Shown: piece after piece, positions 37,691-48,528 of the stretch | How the letters are laid out: each line of letters begins with the position of its first letter | Numbering within the stretch: the first letter of the stretch is position 1 | Source: Nostoc sp. | Lineage (GTDB): Bacteria > Cyanobacteriota > Cyanobacteriia > Cyanobacteriales > Nostocaceae | Assembly (NCBI GenBank): GCA_036918135.1 | Contig: JBALDB010000011.1 | Location: forward strand, 64,001-128,000 | DNA length: 64,000 bases | Direction of reading: 5' to 3' | Program-made: the position numbers and the translations under genes | The notes under the pieces: generated by a model | Database searches by the model: none | What the model was told of the DNA's origin: nothing | What the model saw: the letters and a program-made list of their open reading frames with translations, nothing else

Positions 37691-38526
37691 ATGAAATCAT
37701 CTCAAAAGCTGGGATTTATTATTTCTGAAATCACTAGCGCTTTTATGAGTACAGTTGTGGTTACTAATACTCATATTCTTAAGGCAGAAGCTACTCCTAA
37801 AGAACCACCATAAAATTTAGTAGTCAACGGAACCTTTACGGCAGATCCACTTGTAAGTCCTTACGATCGCACTAGGAATAATCCTTTCATTTCTGGATGG
37901 TTGAATAGCATTGCGACTGATGTTTTTGCTACTATTTATCTAGAAAATTATACAGTCGATGATACTGAAAACTATTCTTTAAGTGTGCGGCTTGCTCCAC
38001 GTTACAACCATAACGGGCCTATTTTTACTTACATCTCACAGAAACTCAAGACTATACCCGGTCAGAAATACGAACTGAGTTACTATCTAGCAAACGCAGA
38101 TGACGAGCCAAATGAAAATGTATTTCAAACTTATGTAGGTGGAAAATTAATCGACCAAAAAGTCAATGTTGGCTTTCAAAATTTCACCAAATATACCTAC
38201 TATTTTGTAGCCAAATCACGAACCACAGAATTAAAGTTTGCTAGCAAGCAGCGCTCTTACTGGTACAACCTAGATAATGTGAGCGTTGTTCCTGTAGATA
38301 AATTCTCAAAAAATGAAATATCTAAGCCAGAACCAAAGGAAATAGCTTTAGGGCCATTAATGTCCCCGGTGCCTATTCTACCTATGTGTATGGCATCAAT
38401 AATCAAGGGGATATTGTGGGATTTTTCTACGATGGCACGAAAAGACGTGGTTTTATAGCTCGTAAAAATCCTACGGTCACACTCAATAAAGTTGTCTTGG
38501 CAGACCCAAAGAATTATGCTAAGTAG
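37691..38526 (+). pseudogene. Secreted carbohydrate-binding (DUF642/CBM-like) protein pseudogene plus HAF-like repeat fragment
   Basis: ATG 37691, signal-like leader, in-frame TAA 37811, then NLVVNGTF...ISQ..PGQKYELSY...LDNVSV; shifted frame 38341-38526 reads FRAINVPGAYSTYVYGINNQGDIVG. Confidence 0.65.
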
Positions 38527-38649
38527 GTCGGTGTGAATATTTATCGTAGGTATGAGGCAAAAGGCAGGAGGTAGAAGGCACGAGAAAAGAGGGTTTAAGC
38601 CTATTTAATTTTTCTTACATAGTTTTATTTTTCTACACTGTTCTACTTA
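38520..38649. mobile_element. MITE-like element (TAAGTAG ends)
   Basis: TAAGTAGGTCGGTGTGAA / TTCTACACTGTTCTACTTA imperfect inverted ends. Confidence 0.5.
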
Positions 38650-38739
38650 AATGAGAAGTAAGGTATGAGAGCAAGCCTGCTGAGCGAGGAACCGATCGAG
38701 TCACAGCAATAAAACGGGCAGAGGGTTAGCCTCTTACAA

Positions 38740-38995
38740 ATTACAATCCAGTATGCTCGCGAGCTAAACGGCTCAAGAACATTGAAATAGTCCGATTTTC
38801 ATTCGTGTGAATCAGATTCTTACTTTGACATGGGGAATTACCTTTGCATTGAGTGCGTTAGGCAGTTGGTTGCTGCCACTCAACGCCTATACGGTGCTGC
38901 ACCTTGCCCTGCTTGCGATCGCCATCTTGATGACGGTGCGTTTCCCCAGTTGGTATCGCGATCTGGCAGTAAAAAATAGGACGCCAGAGTTATAG
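38740..38995 (+). pseudogene. 3' fragment of a membrane protein gene
   Basis: ITIQYARE, frameshift, AQEH*NSPIFIRVNQILTLTWG...FPSWYR; no intact start. Confidence 0.5.
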
Positions 38996-39188
38996 TTAAC
39001 AGCTAACAGTCAATAGCCAATACAAAAAGATGTGCTTTCCTAAATGCAACGGCAGCTTAAAACTCTGAGTGCGATCGCTGTTAGCATAGCTTTAGCAGAA
39101 GCTTGTGAGAGGTTGTCAGAAAACTCAGCAAGTATACTCAAAACCTGTCTCTAAACTTCTGTTAGTGAAATTATTTAATTAACATACT

Positions 39189-40103
39189 ATGAATTGGAGT
39201 GCTGCATTACCAACTTTTTTTATTACCTTAAGAGAAGGTGTAGAAGCTGCTTTAGTTGTGGGAATTGTTTTTGCCTGTTTGCAACAAGCTCAACAACAAA
39301 AATTGTATCGTTGGGTTTATTTAGGAGTTATTAGCGGGATTTTTGCGAGTTTTGTATTTGGTTTGCTAATTTATTTAGGGATACAAGGATTACAGACATC
39401 TGAGCAACTATACGCACCTGTTTTTAAGCAACTTTTTGAAGTTGGATTAGGACTAATTGCGATCGCCATGCTCAGTTGGATGTTGATTTGGATGACACGA
39501 CAAGCCCGATTTCTCAAAGCTGAGATTGAAGGTTCTGTCAAAAATGCCTTGGGCGGAAGTGATAGCGCAGGCTGGGCAATTTTTAGCTTAATTTTTATTG
39601 CTGTGTTTCGTGAAGGTTTAGAAACAGCTTTGTTTATCGTCGCTAAGTTTCAAGAAGGTTTGACACCCGTTTTAGGTGCAATGGGAGGATTAGCGATCGC
39701 ATTTCTCATCGGGATGCTGTTATTTAAATGGAGCATTCGGATCGATTTAAGTCGATTTTTCCAGGTGATGGGTGTGTTTTTGCTGCTGATTGTCTCTGGG
39801 TTGGTAATTTCTGCCCTACGCCATCTTGATGCTGCGGCGATCGCTTTTAGCCAAATTAACCCCGAAGTTTTGGGCGTTTGCGGACAAGGAAATACATCTT
39901 GTCTTTTAGGCCCCCAAGTTTGGGATTTATCAACCAGTTTACCTGACCGTCAGTTTCCTGGTATTTTGCTAAAAACTTTATTTGGCTATACTCAAAAACT
40001 GTATTTAGTTCAAGCTGTCGGTTATCTGCTTTTTTGGATAACTGTTGGCGGTCTTTATTTCCGCAGTCTCAGCCAACCGAAACAATTAATTACTAATTCG
40101 TAA
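39189..40103 (+). CDS. FTR1/EfeU-family iron permease
   Basis: Two RExxE motifs (REGVE, REGLE), multiple TMs. Confidence 0.92.
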   Translation: MNWSAALPTFFITLREGVEAALVVGIVFACLQQAQQQKLYRWVYLGVISGIFASFVFGLLIYLGIQGLQTSEQLYAPVFKQLFEVGLGLIAIAMLSWMLIWMTRQARFLKAEIEGSVKNALGGSDSAGWAIFSLIFIAVFREGLETALFIVAKFQEGLTPVLGAMGGLAIAFLIGMLLFKWSIRIDLSRFFQVMGVFLLLIVSGLVISALRHLDAAAIAFSQINPEVLGVCGQGNTSCLLGPQVWDLSTSLPDRQFPGILLKTLFGYTQKLYLVQAVGYLLFWITVGGLYFRSLSQPKQLITNS

Positions 40104-40112
40104 TTATATAAA

Positions 40113-40210
40113 AATGCAGTTCAGTTCAGCATTTATTCCTTTTTTTTTGCTTAGGCGATTTCTTAAAAATTGACTTATATAAAGAATTTTAACCTTAACT
40201 GAACTGTATT
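40113..40210. mobile_element. MITE-like element
   Basis: AATGCAGTTCAGTTCAG / CTTAACTGAACTGTATT inverted ends. Confidence 0.6.
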
Positions 40211-40407
40211 AAATTCTATTGCAATTCCCAGTTTGGCGAGGTGCAAAACCAATATTTTTAAACGCAGAGTAACACAGAGTCAAGCGCAGAGGTACGCAAA
40301 GGTTTAGCCAAATTTATTAGCAATTTACTAACTAACTGAGCAGATTAGTAAATATTATATAATTCAATTACGAATTACAAATTACGAATTACGAATTATT
40401 TTGCCTG

Positions 40408-41358
40408 ATGTCCTTGATACTTATTCCTCCTTTTGTACAACAAATCAACAACGAAATTGCTCGTCAGGCTGGCGTTGATTTGTTTGTACTACGCCTTGAT
40501 GTCATGCACCCGTGGGTTAATGGCAATAAGTGGTTTAAGTTGAAATATAATCTTTTGGAAGCTGAGCAAAAAAATTTCACGAGGCTGCTGACGTTTGGCG
40601 GCACTTATTCTAACCACATCTATGCAACCGCCGCGGCCGGGAATCTTTTGGGATTTCAGACCATTGGCGTTATTCGTGGCGAAGAAAATTTACCGCTCAA
40701 TCCAACCCTGAGTTTCGCTCTACAGCAGGGTATGGAGCTTGTGTACCTCTCGCGCCAGATGTATCGACAACGCAACACAGTGGCGCTAAATGAATATCTG
40801 CAACAGCGTTTCGGCGAGGTGTTTATCATTCCTGAAGGTGGTAATAATTTAAACGGTGTGCGCGGTTGCACAGAGATAATTAGTCAAGCGATGCCTACGG
40901 CTGGCTACGCCTACGCATTTGATTATATTTGCGTAGCCTGCGGTACGGCTACAACACTGGCTGGAATTGTGCTTTCGTTGCATCAAGGACAAAAAGCGAT
41001 CGCTTTTCCTGTCTTGAAAGGTGCTTTTCTCAAACAGGAAATTGAAAATCTATTGACAAATTACCTCGCTTCTGGTTTAACGACTCCATATAGTTCTCCC
41101 GCAGCTTGGGAATTAATGTGTGATTATCACTTCGGCGGCTATGCAAAGGTGAATCAGGAGTTACTACAATTCAGTCAGGAATTTAGCTCGGCGCACGGCG
41201 TACCTCTCGATTACGTATATACTGCAAAAATGTTTTATGGAGTAATGGATCTATTGCAGCAAGGATTTTTTGGTAAAGGCAAAAGTTTGCTGCTGGTACA
41301 CACAGGTGGCTTACAGGGTAATGTTGGTATGGAACAAAGGTTGCAGAAAATTTGTTAA
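40408..41358 (+). CDS. ACC deaminase / D-cysteine desulfhydrase family PLP enzyme
   Basis: NGNKWFKLKYN, TFGGTYSNH, PEGG, LDYVYTAK, HTGGLQG. Confidence 0.9.
   Translation: MSLILIPPFVQQINNEIARQAGVDLFVLRLDVMHPWVNGNKWFKLKYNLLEAEQKNFTRLLTFGGTYSNHIYATAAAGNLLGFQTIGVIRGEENLPLNPTLSFALQQGMELVYLSRQMYRQRNTVALNEYLQQRFGEVFIIPEGGNNLNGVRGCTEIISQAMPTAGYAYAFDYICVACGTATTLAGIVLSLHQGQKAIAFPVLKGAFLKQEIENLLTNYLASGLTTPYSSPAAWELMCDYHFGGYAKVNQELLQFSQEFSSAHGVPLDYVYTAKMFYGVMDLLQQGFFGKGKSLLLVHTGGLQGNVGMEQRLQKIC
40888..40916. repeat. 21-nt small dispersed repeat inserted in frame into a HIP1 site
   Basis: GCGAT[GCCTACGGCTGGCTACGCCTA]CGC. Confidence 0.8.
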
Positions 41359-41750
41359 ATCTAAGTGTTTCCATAATTCCATTTCTAAGAATAGAAGTGA
41401 CCAAACAGTGGCTTAATCTCAAGTGGATTACCCTCGTTCGCCTTACCCCGTCGCAGAAGAATATAAAAAACTTAATAAATTGGTCATTTTCATCAAAAGA
41501 CTTTTGCAAAAGGTAAAAAGATATAGATAAAAATTAAAAATAGTATTACATAATTTAATACACTAGCATTAAGGCTAAAACTCTTTCTCAAAGTCTATTT
41601 TTTGCATAAGCCACAGAGGCATATAGAAGCCAGTGTATCTTTGCGGTTCCATACTTGAAGTAACTAGCAGGGCACAGAGAGAATAAACTGATGCTTAAGT
41701 ACCTAACGCAAAATTTTAGAAAAAATGTAAAAAAATCTCAAAAAGTTGCT

Positions 41751-42407
41751 TTACTTTATTGCTACGCCGATAATATGTGGACTGACAATCGGCAATTTGA
41801 CCTCAAAATGCTCATAATTGACGCTGCTAAAACCAGCCTTTTCTAAGGCTATCCAAGTTTCTCGATTTGGATGACAATTATCACCTAACCTTTTCCAAAT
41901 CGGACTAATTGTATTTTGCACTTTTCGCAAGAAACTTCCTTGAGGTGCAGCGATGTGTTCAATAAATAATAAGCGTCCACCTGGTTTGAGTACTCTTAAA
42001 ATTGCCTGTAATGTATAGTTGATATTTGGCACTGAGCATAAAACTAAAGTAGTCACAACTGTATCTATACTATTATCTTCAAAATCTAGCCATTCAACAT
42101 TACCAATGCGGAGGTCGATATTTAAACCGAGTTTTTTTGCTTGTTTTTGGAGATAGGAATGCATTTGGAGATTTGGCTCGATTCCGATTAATTCAATATT
42201 TTGAGGATAGTAAGGTAAGTTAGAACCATTTCGGGGACTAATTTCTAATACTTTCCCTTGGAGATTAGCAAAAAGAGAGCGTTTGCGATCGCCTAGAACT
42301 CTCTCATAAGTATTGCTTTGTTGAGCTATCATCCCAGCAAAAAGTTTTTTACCTAAATTGGCATAAATTTGATTTGGTAATTCTCTAGAAATTTGGTTTA
42401 CATTCAT
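41751..42407 (-). CDS. Class I SAM-dependent methyltransferase (motif I degenerate)
   Basis: DTVVTTLVLCSV, RVLKPGG, FIEH, CHPNRET; motif I reads VLEISPRNG. Confidence 0.8.
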   Translation of the reverse strand: MNVNQISRELPNQIYANLGKKLFAGMIAQQSNTYERVLGDRKRSLFANLQGKVLEISPRNGSNLPYYPQNIELIGIEPNLQMHSYLQKQAKKLGLNIDLRIGNVEWLDFEDNSIDTVVTTLVLCSVPNINYTLQAILRVLKPGGRLLFIEHIAAPQGSFLRKVQNTISPIWKRLGDNCHPNRETWIALEKAGFSSVNYEHFEVKLPIVSPHIIGVAIK

Positions 42408-42680
42408 TATCCACTTCCTATTTTTGAGACTATAAATTTGTGTATCAATTAACTATTTACAGCCTCAAGATATAATATTTATTTTTCTAACACTTCACCC
42501 ATCTGACTCACCTGATTGGGTGATTTTCATCAATTTAGATATATATGACTTGCTATAGCAATCTGATTTTATTTTTCTAAAAATTTCAGTAGGGTGCGTC
42601 AGCCTCTGACATAACGCACCAAAACCTTCGCACTATTCAATCATGTAGTTTTTTAGTTGGAATTCCTAAACCAAATTGGA

Positions 42681-42941
42681 TCATGCATGAAGGTTCGCTT
42701 GTTCTTGCAACCAAGGATCTACAGGTTGTCCATCTTTGCGGCGTAATTCAATCTCTACTACCATCACTTGTTTGGAACCAGGAGGCGCAGGTTTTTGATG
42801 GAAAATAATGTCATAATCTGATGGATTGTGTTGGCGTTCTTTCAACCAATCCTGTACTTTGGTTGTGGCAAATAATGATTGTCCTTGCTCAAACATCCGG
42901 GTAATCTGCATTTGCAATGTATAGGGATTTATGCGACCCAT
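42681..42941 (-). CDS. Conserved hypothetical protein
   Basis: 86 aa ATG-initiated ORF with RBS-like GGCGGT upstream. Confidence 0.7.
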   Translation of the reverse strand: MGRINPYTLQMQITRMFEQGQSLFATTKVQDWLKERQHNPSDYDIIFHQKPAPPGSKQVMVVEIELRRKDGQPVDPWLQEQANLHA

Positions 42942-43263
42942 TTTCTACCGCCTTTGTAAATAAATTTTAGGCAAAGTAATCTGCTTGTTTTATCTAATCT
43001 GATGTTAATTTAACGATGGCAAGATGGCTACTCACTCTCAAGAAGTATCTCCACTACATCTGTGGTAAAAGTCTTTTTCCAGTTTTACTCATAAGTAGAT
43101 AATGTAAAAAATTAGTTCTTCCAATAGACGTAGTTACTGAGATACAAGCTATCACACGATGAACTCAACGCCTAAGCTTTAGTATATTTCACCAGATTAC
43201 TACTTAATTTTGTTATAGATTGGAGAGAGGCACGCCGCTTCAAGAACTGACCAAGAGATTGAG

Positions 43264-45342
43264 ATGGTTGTTATGAAGACCAAAAATCAAGCTATTTTCG
43301 CTTTATTTGTAAAAAGCGCTATTATCTTTTTACCTTTACTACTACCTGCTAGTATTGCCAGTGGACAATCTGCACCATCATCTAAACCAGCAATAACTCC
43401 TGCTGTGGTGTTATCAAATCAGGAACGAGAAGAATTAACGCGATTACGAGCGGAAAAGGAAGTTCAATCTGATTTAAAGAGAGCTTTTAGCCGTACAACT
43501 ATTTTAATTAATATCTGGCTATTTATATTAAGTTTATTTCCGTTGGCGATTATTGCTTCACTTTGGCTATTACGACGAGCTATCATCCGTGAAGTTGTTG
43601 ATAGAGCGATGCAACAAATAGATGGAGTAGAAAAATTACAAAATCAGCTAATTACTGTGAAGCAAGATGCACAAAATATTATTCAAGAAACCAATAAAAT
43701 AAATTATGAATTACAAGAGGAAACTGCTGCTCTCAAACAAAAAATTAAACATCAAGCAGAAAATTTATCTTTTGCGACATCTGATATAGATTTAGCTAAA
43801 ACAGAGATATTAAATAAATTAGAAGCTGAAATCAAAAACTCTCAAGAAAATATTGAATCTTTAAAGTCGAAATTTACTTCTAAGTTAGATAACTTAGAGT
43901 TGGAAACTCAACAACAAAGAGATTTAGCACTGCAAAATATCACAAAACTAGCATCTAGTTTATCCAAAGAATTGTCTAATTTAAAGTTGAGCGTACAACA
44001 ACAGAAAGAATTAGCCATTACTGATTTAGAACTATCAAGGTCTGAATTCACATCTCAACTTTCTGGATGGCAATCTGATACTCAACAGCAAAAAGATATG
44101 ATTTTTGAAAGTTTAATCAAATTGCAGTCAGAATTTGCTTCTCAACTATCTCAGTTAGAAATAGATGCTCAACAGCAAAGAAATTTGACGTCTGAAAAAT
44201 TAGATAATCAATTTCAAACTCAATTATCTGAATTACAAGCAGAAGCTCAAGAGCAAAAAAAGAAAATTATTGATAATTTAACAGTTTTACAATCAGAATT
44301 TGCTGCTGAATTATCTCAATTAAAAGTAGACGCTCAAAAATCTCAAGAGTTAATTGTTGAAAATTTAGAAAAATCTGGTTATGAGTTTACTTCGCAATTT
44401 TCAGAATTGCAATTGAATGCCCAACAACAAAAGATTCTCATTTTAGAGAAGTTAGAGAAATTAGAAACAGAGTTTGTCTCTCAACTATCTGAGTTACAAA
44501 TGGATGCCCAACAAAGAAAAGATATTATTCTTCGGGAATTGATTGAGATGACATCTGCATCGATTCCAGAAAATGTGAATTCTGAAGTTGAAGAAACAAA
44601 ACAAGAACAGCTACAACAGCCGGAATTCACTGCTGAAGAGTATGTAAAACAGGGAGATGTGCTGTTTTCTGAAAGACGTTATGAAGATGCGATCGCCACT
44701 TACAATCAAGCAGTTAAAATTCAATCTAATGACCCTGTGATTTGGTTAAAACGCGGCTTAACTCTCGCAAGATTAAAACGCTACAAAGATGCGATCGCCT
44801 CCTACGACCGAGCAATTCAGATTCAACCAGAATATCATCAAGCTTGGTGCGATCGCGGTGTTGCTTTTGGTAATTTACAACAGCATCAGCAAGCTTTTAC
44901 ATCATTTGATAAAGCTACACAAATTAAACCTGACGATGCAATTGCTTGGTTGAATCGCGGTCTTTCCCTAATAGCATTAGAACAATATGAAGAAGCAATC
45001 CCATCTTTGGAAAAAGCTCTGGAATTTCAACCAAATTCTCCCAAAATCTGGGATAAACACGGTTATACTTTAGTTAGACTCGGACGCGATGAGGAAGCGA
45101 TCGCTAGTTTTAACAAAGCATTAGAAATTAAGCCAGATTATGCTAGTGCCTATTACAACAAAGCAGCCTGTTACGCACTCCAAAGACAAGTTGAACTATC
45201 TCTAGAAACCCTGCAACAAGCAATTGAACTTAATCCCAGATACAAACAAGAAGCAGCAACCGACCTAGATTTTGATGATATTGCTAGCGATGAGCGCTTT
45301 CGGCAATTAATTGCACAATCCAATACAATTGCGGAGTCATAA
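43264..45342 (+). CDS. Membrane-anchored coiled-coil + TPR protein
   Basis: Signal peptide, TM, about 29-aa helical repeats, six or seven C-terminal TPRs (YNKAACYAL). Confidence 0.88.
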   Translation: MVVMKTKNQAIFALFVKSAIIFLPLLLPASIASGQSAPSSKPAITPAVVLSNQEREELTRLRAEKEVQSDLKRAFSRTTILINIWLFILSLFPLAIIASLWLLRRAIIREVVDRAMQQIDGVEKLQNQLITVKQDAQNIIQETNKINYELQEETAALKQKIKHQAENLSFATSDIDLAKTEILNKLEAEIKNSQENIESLKSKFTSKLDNLELETQQQRDLALQNITKLASSLSKELSNLKLSVQQQKELAITDLELSRSEFTSQLSGWQSDTQQQKDMIFESLIKLQSEFASQLSQLEIDAQQQRNLTSEKLDNQFQTQLSELQAEAQEQKKKIIDNLTVLQSEFAAELSQLKVDAQKSQELIVENLEKSGYEFTSQFSELQLNAQQQKILILEKLEKLETEFVSQLSELQMDAQQRKDIILRELIEMTSASIPENVNSEVEETKQEQLQQPEFTAEEYVKQGDVLFSERRYEDAIATYNQAVKIQSNDPVIWLKRGLTLARLKRYKDAIASYDRAIQIQPEYHQAWCDRGVAFGNLQQHQQAFTSFDKATQIKPDDAIAWLNRGLSLIALEQYEEAIPSLEKALEFQPNSPKIWDKHGYTLVRLGRDEEAIASFNKALEIKPDYASAYYNKAACYALQRQVELSLETLQQAIELNPRYKQEAATDLDFDDIASDERFRQLIAQSNTIAES

Positions 45343-45360
45343 TTGAGAATTCAGAAGTAA

Positions 45361-45497
45361 TACAGCAGTTTTCATTTGCATGAAGTACAAAGTTACGGGT
45401 TTTGAGGCAGTTCTTGCTGGGGGCAGGAGGTAGAAACTCATTATCTCTCATGAATCAGTCCTGGATTTTGTACCTCACTTACTTGCAATCTGCTGTA
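45361..45497. mobile_element. MITE-like element
   Basis: TACAGCAG..GAAGTACAAA / TTTGTACCTC..CTGCTGTA inverted ends. Confidence 0.65.
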
Positions 45498-45610
45498 TCA
45501 AGTTCGGCTAATTACTTACAATATGGTTGGTCTTTCTGGTAATTGGGAAAAAGGTAATTGAGAATTGAAGTTTACCCATTACCCAGTTGCGCCCTCGCGC
45601 AGCCGAAGCG

Positions 45611-46366
45611 TTACCCATTACCCACTCCCCATTCTCCACTCTTTACTTCCTGCTCTCCAGACATCGCTTTGAGTTTAGACGTGAAAGACTCAGAGCGATC
45701 GCTTTTTTCTGGGGTAAATTGCCCTATTGGCGGACGAATAGGCGCAGGTGGTAGCAGTTTTGGCCGTTGATCGGAGACTGGAGATGCACTTTCTGGTGAA
45801 TTTTGCCTTTGGCTAACAGCAGGCGGTAACTCAAGCGTTGCCAAAGAAGCTGAGTCACCAGCAGGGGTAAGTTTGAGAGGGCTTTTATTCTCCCTAGCTT
45901 CCTGCTTATCTTCTTCACCTAAAGATGTCTTTTGTTCGTAACCTTTTAGTTGTAGAGTTGTAGTACTACTTTTTTGATGACCATTGCTAACTTTTCCAGG
46001 TGGTAATTGAGGCTTCGTTACTTGCTCTAAAGTCGGGTTTTTCTTGGCTGGCGGTAGGGCTGGCGCAGCTGATGAGGTTAGGCTTTGAGGAAACTTGCTA
46101 CAAATCATCCGTTCAAATTCCATATTGAAATGATATGTAGCCTGTTCCCGGCGCTGCCAAAATACTAAGATTTGCTGCACAGAAACCGCTTTATAACGAC
46201 CTTGATACAGTGCTTCAATCACTGCCAAGTGTAGCCAATTGAGCGGGTATTCTGCTTGCCAACGTTCAACTAGCTCATTGGCAGTATACCCACTGAGATC
46301 AAAACTGTAGTGAATTAATAACGCGATCGCCAAATTGGCAGAAGTGTCTGGAAGTGGTGTTAACAT
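45611..46366 (-). CDS. Conserved cyanobacterial hypothetical protein
   Basis: YSFDL, AVIEALYQGRYKAVSVQQIL..W.RR and PIGQF..F..KLKA motifs; start MLTPLP inferred. Confidence 0.75.
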   Translation of the reverse strand: MLTPLPDTSANLAIALLIHYSFDLSGYTANELVERWQAEYPLNWLHLAVIEALYQGRYKAVSVQQILVFWQRREQATYHFNMEFERMICSKFPQSLTSSAAPALPPAKKNPTLEQVTKPQLPPGKVSNGHQKSSTTTLQLKGYEQKTSLGEEDKQEARENKSPLKLTPAGDSASLATLELPPAVSQRQNSPESASPVSDQRPKLLPPAPIRPPIGQFTPEKSDRSESFTSKLKAMSGEQEVKSGEWGVGNG

Positions 46367-46658
46367 GCGGCAGTTAGCTTTTGGCAATAGGTTTAAAATT
46401 TTTCACCCATCGCATATAGCCTATCGTGCTTTTAACTACATGGTTTTTCCCAGAGTTTTCAAGTCAATAGGCAGTGTTTCCTATTCTACTTGCCAAATTT
46501 TCAGATGCAAGTGTCTATAGAGTGATTTTATAGTTATTGTTATTACTAACAGACTTCCAGTTAAAAAATATCCCATCTTTGGGGCGCAAGGCTTAGCGCC
46601 CCTAATAGCTGTGTGTCCCTACCGTGCATTGTATCCATCCAAGCTTACAAATCCCCCA

Positions 46659-48182
46659 CTAAATCGCTGATAACTGTTCACTGTTCGCCGATTTAATTGC
46701 AGATGCCCGCCCAATGGCGACTAAAGCCTGATAAACCATCGCTACAACTTCAGCGCATGTTGCCGCACGTAATGGTGCAAGCAGTTTCGAGTCTGGGTAG
46801 TTGACAATTATTCTTTGATGTGTCGCAGTAGCAACAGCTTTTTGGGCATATTCGGGAATGGTATGACGATCGCTATACACTTCTAAATCGTTATCAGCCT
46901 GTGGTAGTCCCAGTCCGTTAACTAAAGAGACAATCACCTGTAGGCGTTGCACATTTTGAGCGGGACGGAAAGTGCGATCGCTAAAGCCGCCAACAAAGCC
47001 ACCCTTAGCCGCAATTTGGATAGCATCATACGCCCAAAAATCCTGAGTTACATCCGTAAAATCCTGTGCTGAACGTTTAGCAGTCGGTTGAAAAGCAACC
47101 GCCACTAAAGCCGCATACTGAGCGCGAGTCATTAGTTTATCTGGCTCATAGTTACCACCGACAAAACCGTGAATTAAATCCATACTCAGCAATGCCTGAA
47201 TAAAGGGGTCTGCCCAATGGTCATCTAATTGAAGAGAGGCGATAACGCTCTGAGGCTCTGACGCGCCGACTGTTTGTAATAAATTCCCCACCTCCTCTTT
47301 CCCTGGGAGCAATTCCACCAAGCCCCTAATAAGAGCAGGATTTAACTGATTACCTACAGAAACAAGCTTTTGTGTAGTCAAATTCTGTAAATCAAATTCA
47401 CCATTATCACGAAAAATATTGTCACCGGGATCGTCGCTACTACCTAAATCAGGGACTGCATTGCCATTGACCAACAAACCTCCTTGGGTATTTTTAATAA
47501 TGAGATTTTGACGCAGCATAGGACGGGCGTTGCGAGAAAGTGCGATCGCCGTGCGATTTTCTGATAGTTTATTATTGGCGATCGCAGCAGCCGCAAAATC
47601 ACTAATTACTATCCCCAAAGGGTTTCTTTGAAATACATTCCCTAACACTTCTCCCTGGCTATGACCTGCCATTACTAACCCGCTGGCAGTATTTTGCACA
47701 AATACATTATCCAAAATAGTTGGTTTAGCAGTACCAGTGGCAAATACACCTTCCCGCCCACAGTTACTTAAAGTATTGTTGGCTAAAGTAGGTGCAGCCG
47801 ATTCAATCCAAATACCAGTACCTTTTGTCGAGGAATTGCTAACAGTTATACCTACAACACTAGCATTTTCTAACAACAGCAGCGCGATATTTTGCATTCC
47901 GAAGCTGTCACTTTTATACTCGCCACCCCCAGAAATTACAATCCCCGCTCCTTTGTTAGCTTCATTACCTACCACCTTCACTCCTCCACGGATAACTAGA
48001 GGAAATACCTCGCCACTAGCGACGCTGTAAGTCCCAGATCCTAAATGAACGATCGTCGGGATTTTGGTTACTTTTAAAGCACGGGTGAAGCTTTTAAACG
48101 GACTTAACCGGGAACCAATATTAGTATCATTCCCTGTCATCGGGTTGACATAGAGTGTGAGAACAAGGGTAGAGTTCACCAT
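46659..48182 (-). CDS. DUF1565 beta-helix + SLH domain protein
   Basis: LYVNPMTGND..G....PFKS, beta-helix repeats, three SLH repeats; start MVNSTL inferred. Confidence 0.85.
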   Translation of the reverse strand: MVNSTLVLTLYVNPMTGNDTNIGSRLSPFKSFTRALKVTKIPTIVHLGSGTYSVASGEVFPLVIRGGVKVVGNEANKGAGIVISGGGEYKSDSFGMQNIALLLLENASVVGITVSNSSTKGTGIWIESAAPTLANNTLSNCGREGVFATGTAKPTILDNVFVQNTASGLVMAGHSQGEVLGNVFQRNPLGIVISDFAAAAIANNKLSENRTAIALSRNARPMLRQNLIIKNTQGGLLVNGNAVPDLGSSDDPGDNIFRDNGEFDLQNLTTQKLVSVGNQLNPALIRGLVELLPGKEEVGNLLQTVGASEPQSVIASLQLDDHWADPFIQALLSMDLIHGFVGGNYEPDKLMTRAQYAALVAVAFQPTAKRSAQDFTDVTQDFWAYDAIQIAAKGGFVGGFSDRTFRPAQNVQRLQVIVSLVNGLGLPQADNDLEVYSDRHTIPEYAQKAVATATHQRIIVNYPDSKLLAPLRAATCAEVVAMVYQALVAIGRASAIKSANSEQLSAI

Positions 48183-48528
48183 TGATGATTGAGAGTCAGT
48201 TGTTTTAATTATGACAATCATAAATAACACGACTTCTAGCAAACTTTGTGAAAGTAGTATCTCTGTATGTAGAAAATGTATCCGCTTTACCCTTTCTTTC
48301 AAGCAGATAACGTCTACACAAAAGTTATAGACTCTCATGCAACATTCCAAGTTCTCATCTTGGCGTTCTGAGTTTACAAGCTCAAAGTTTCAAGTAACTA
48401 TGCAGTTCTCGTTTGGATGAAATACGCTTCAAGTAATAACTGTTACAGAACATGAGTTCAACAAACTTCACCTCCCGTGCAAAGGCTAGGCTGGTATAAA
48501 CTAAGTCTGTTGAGCGATTATGCCAATA

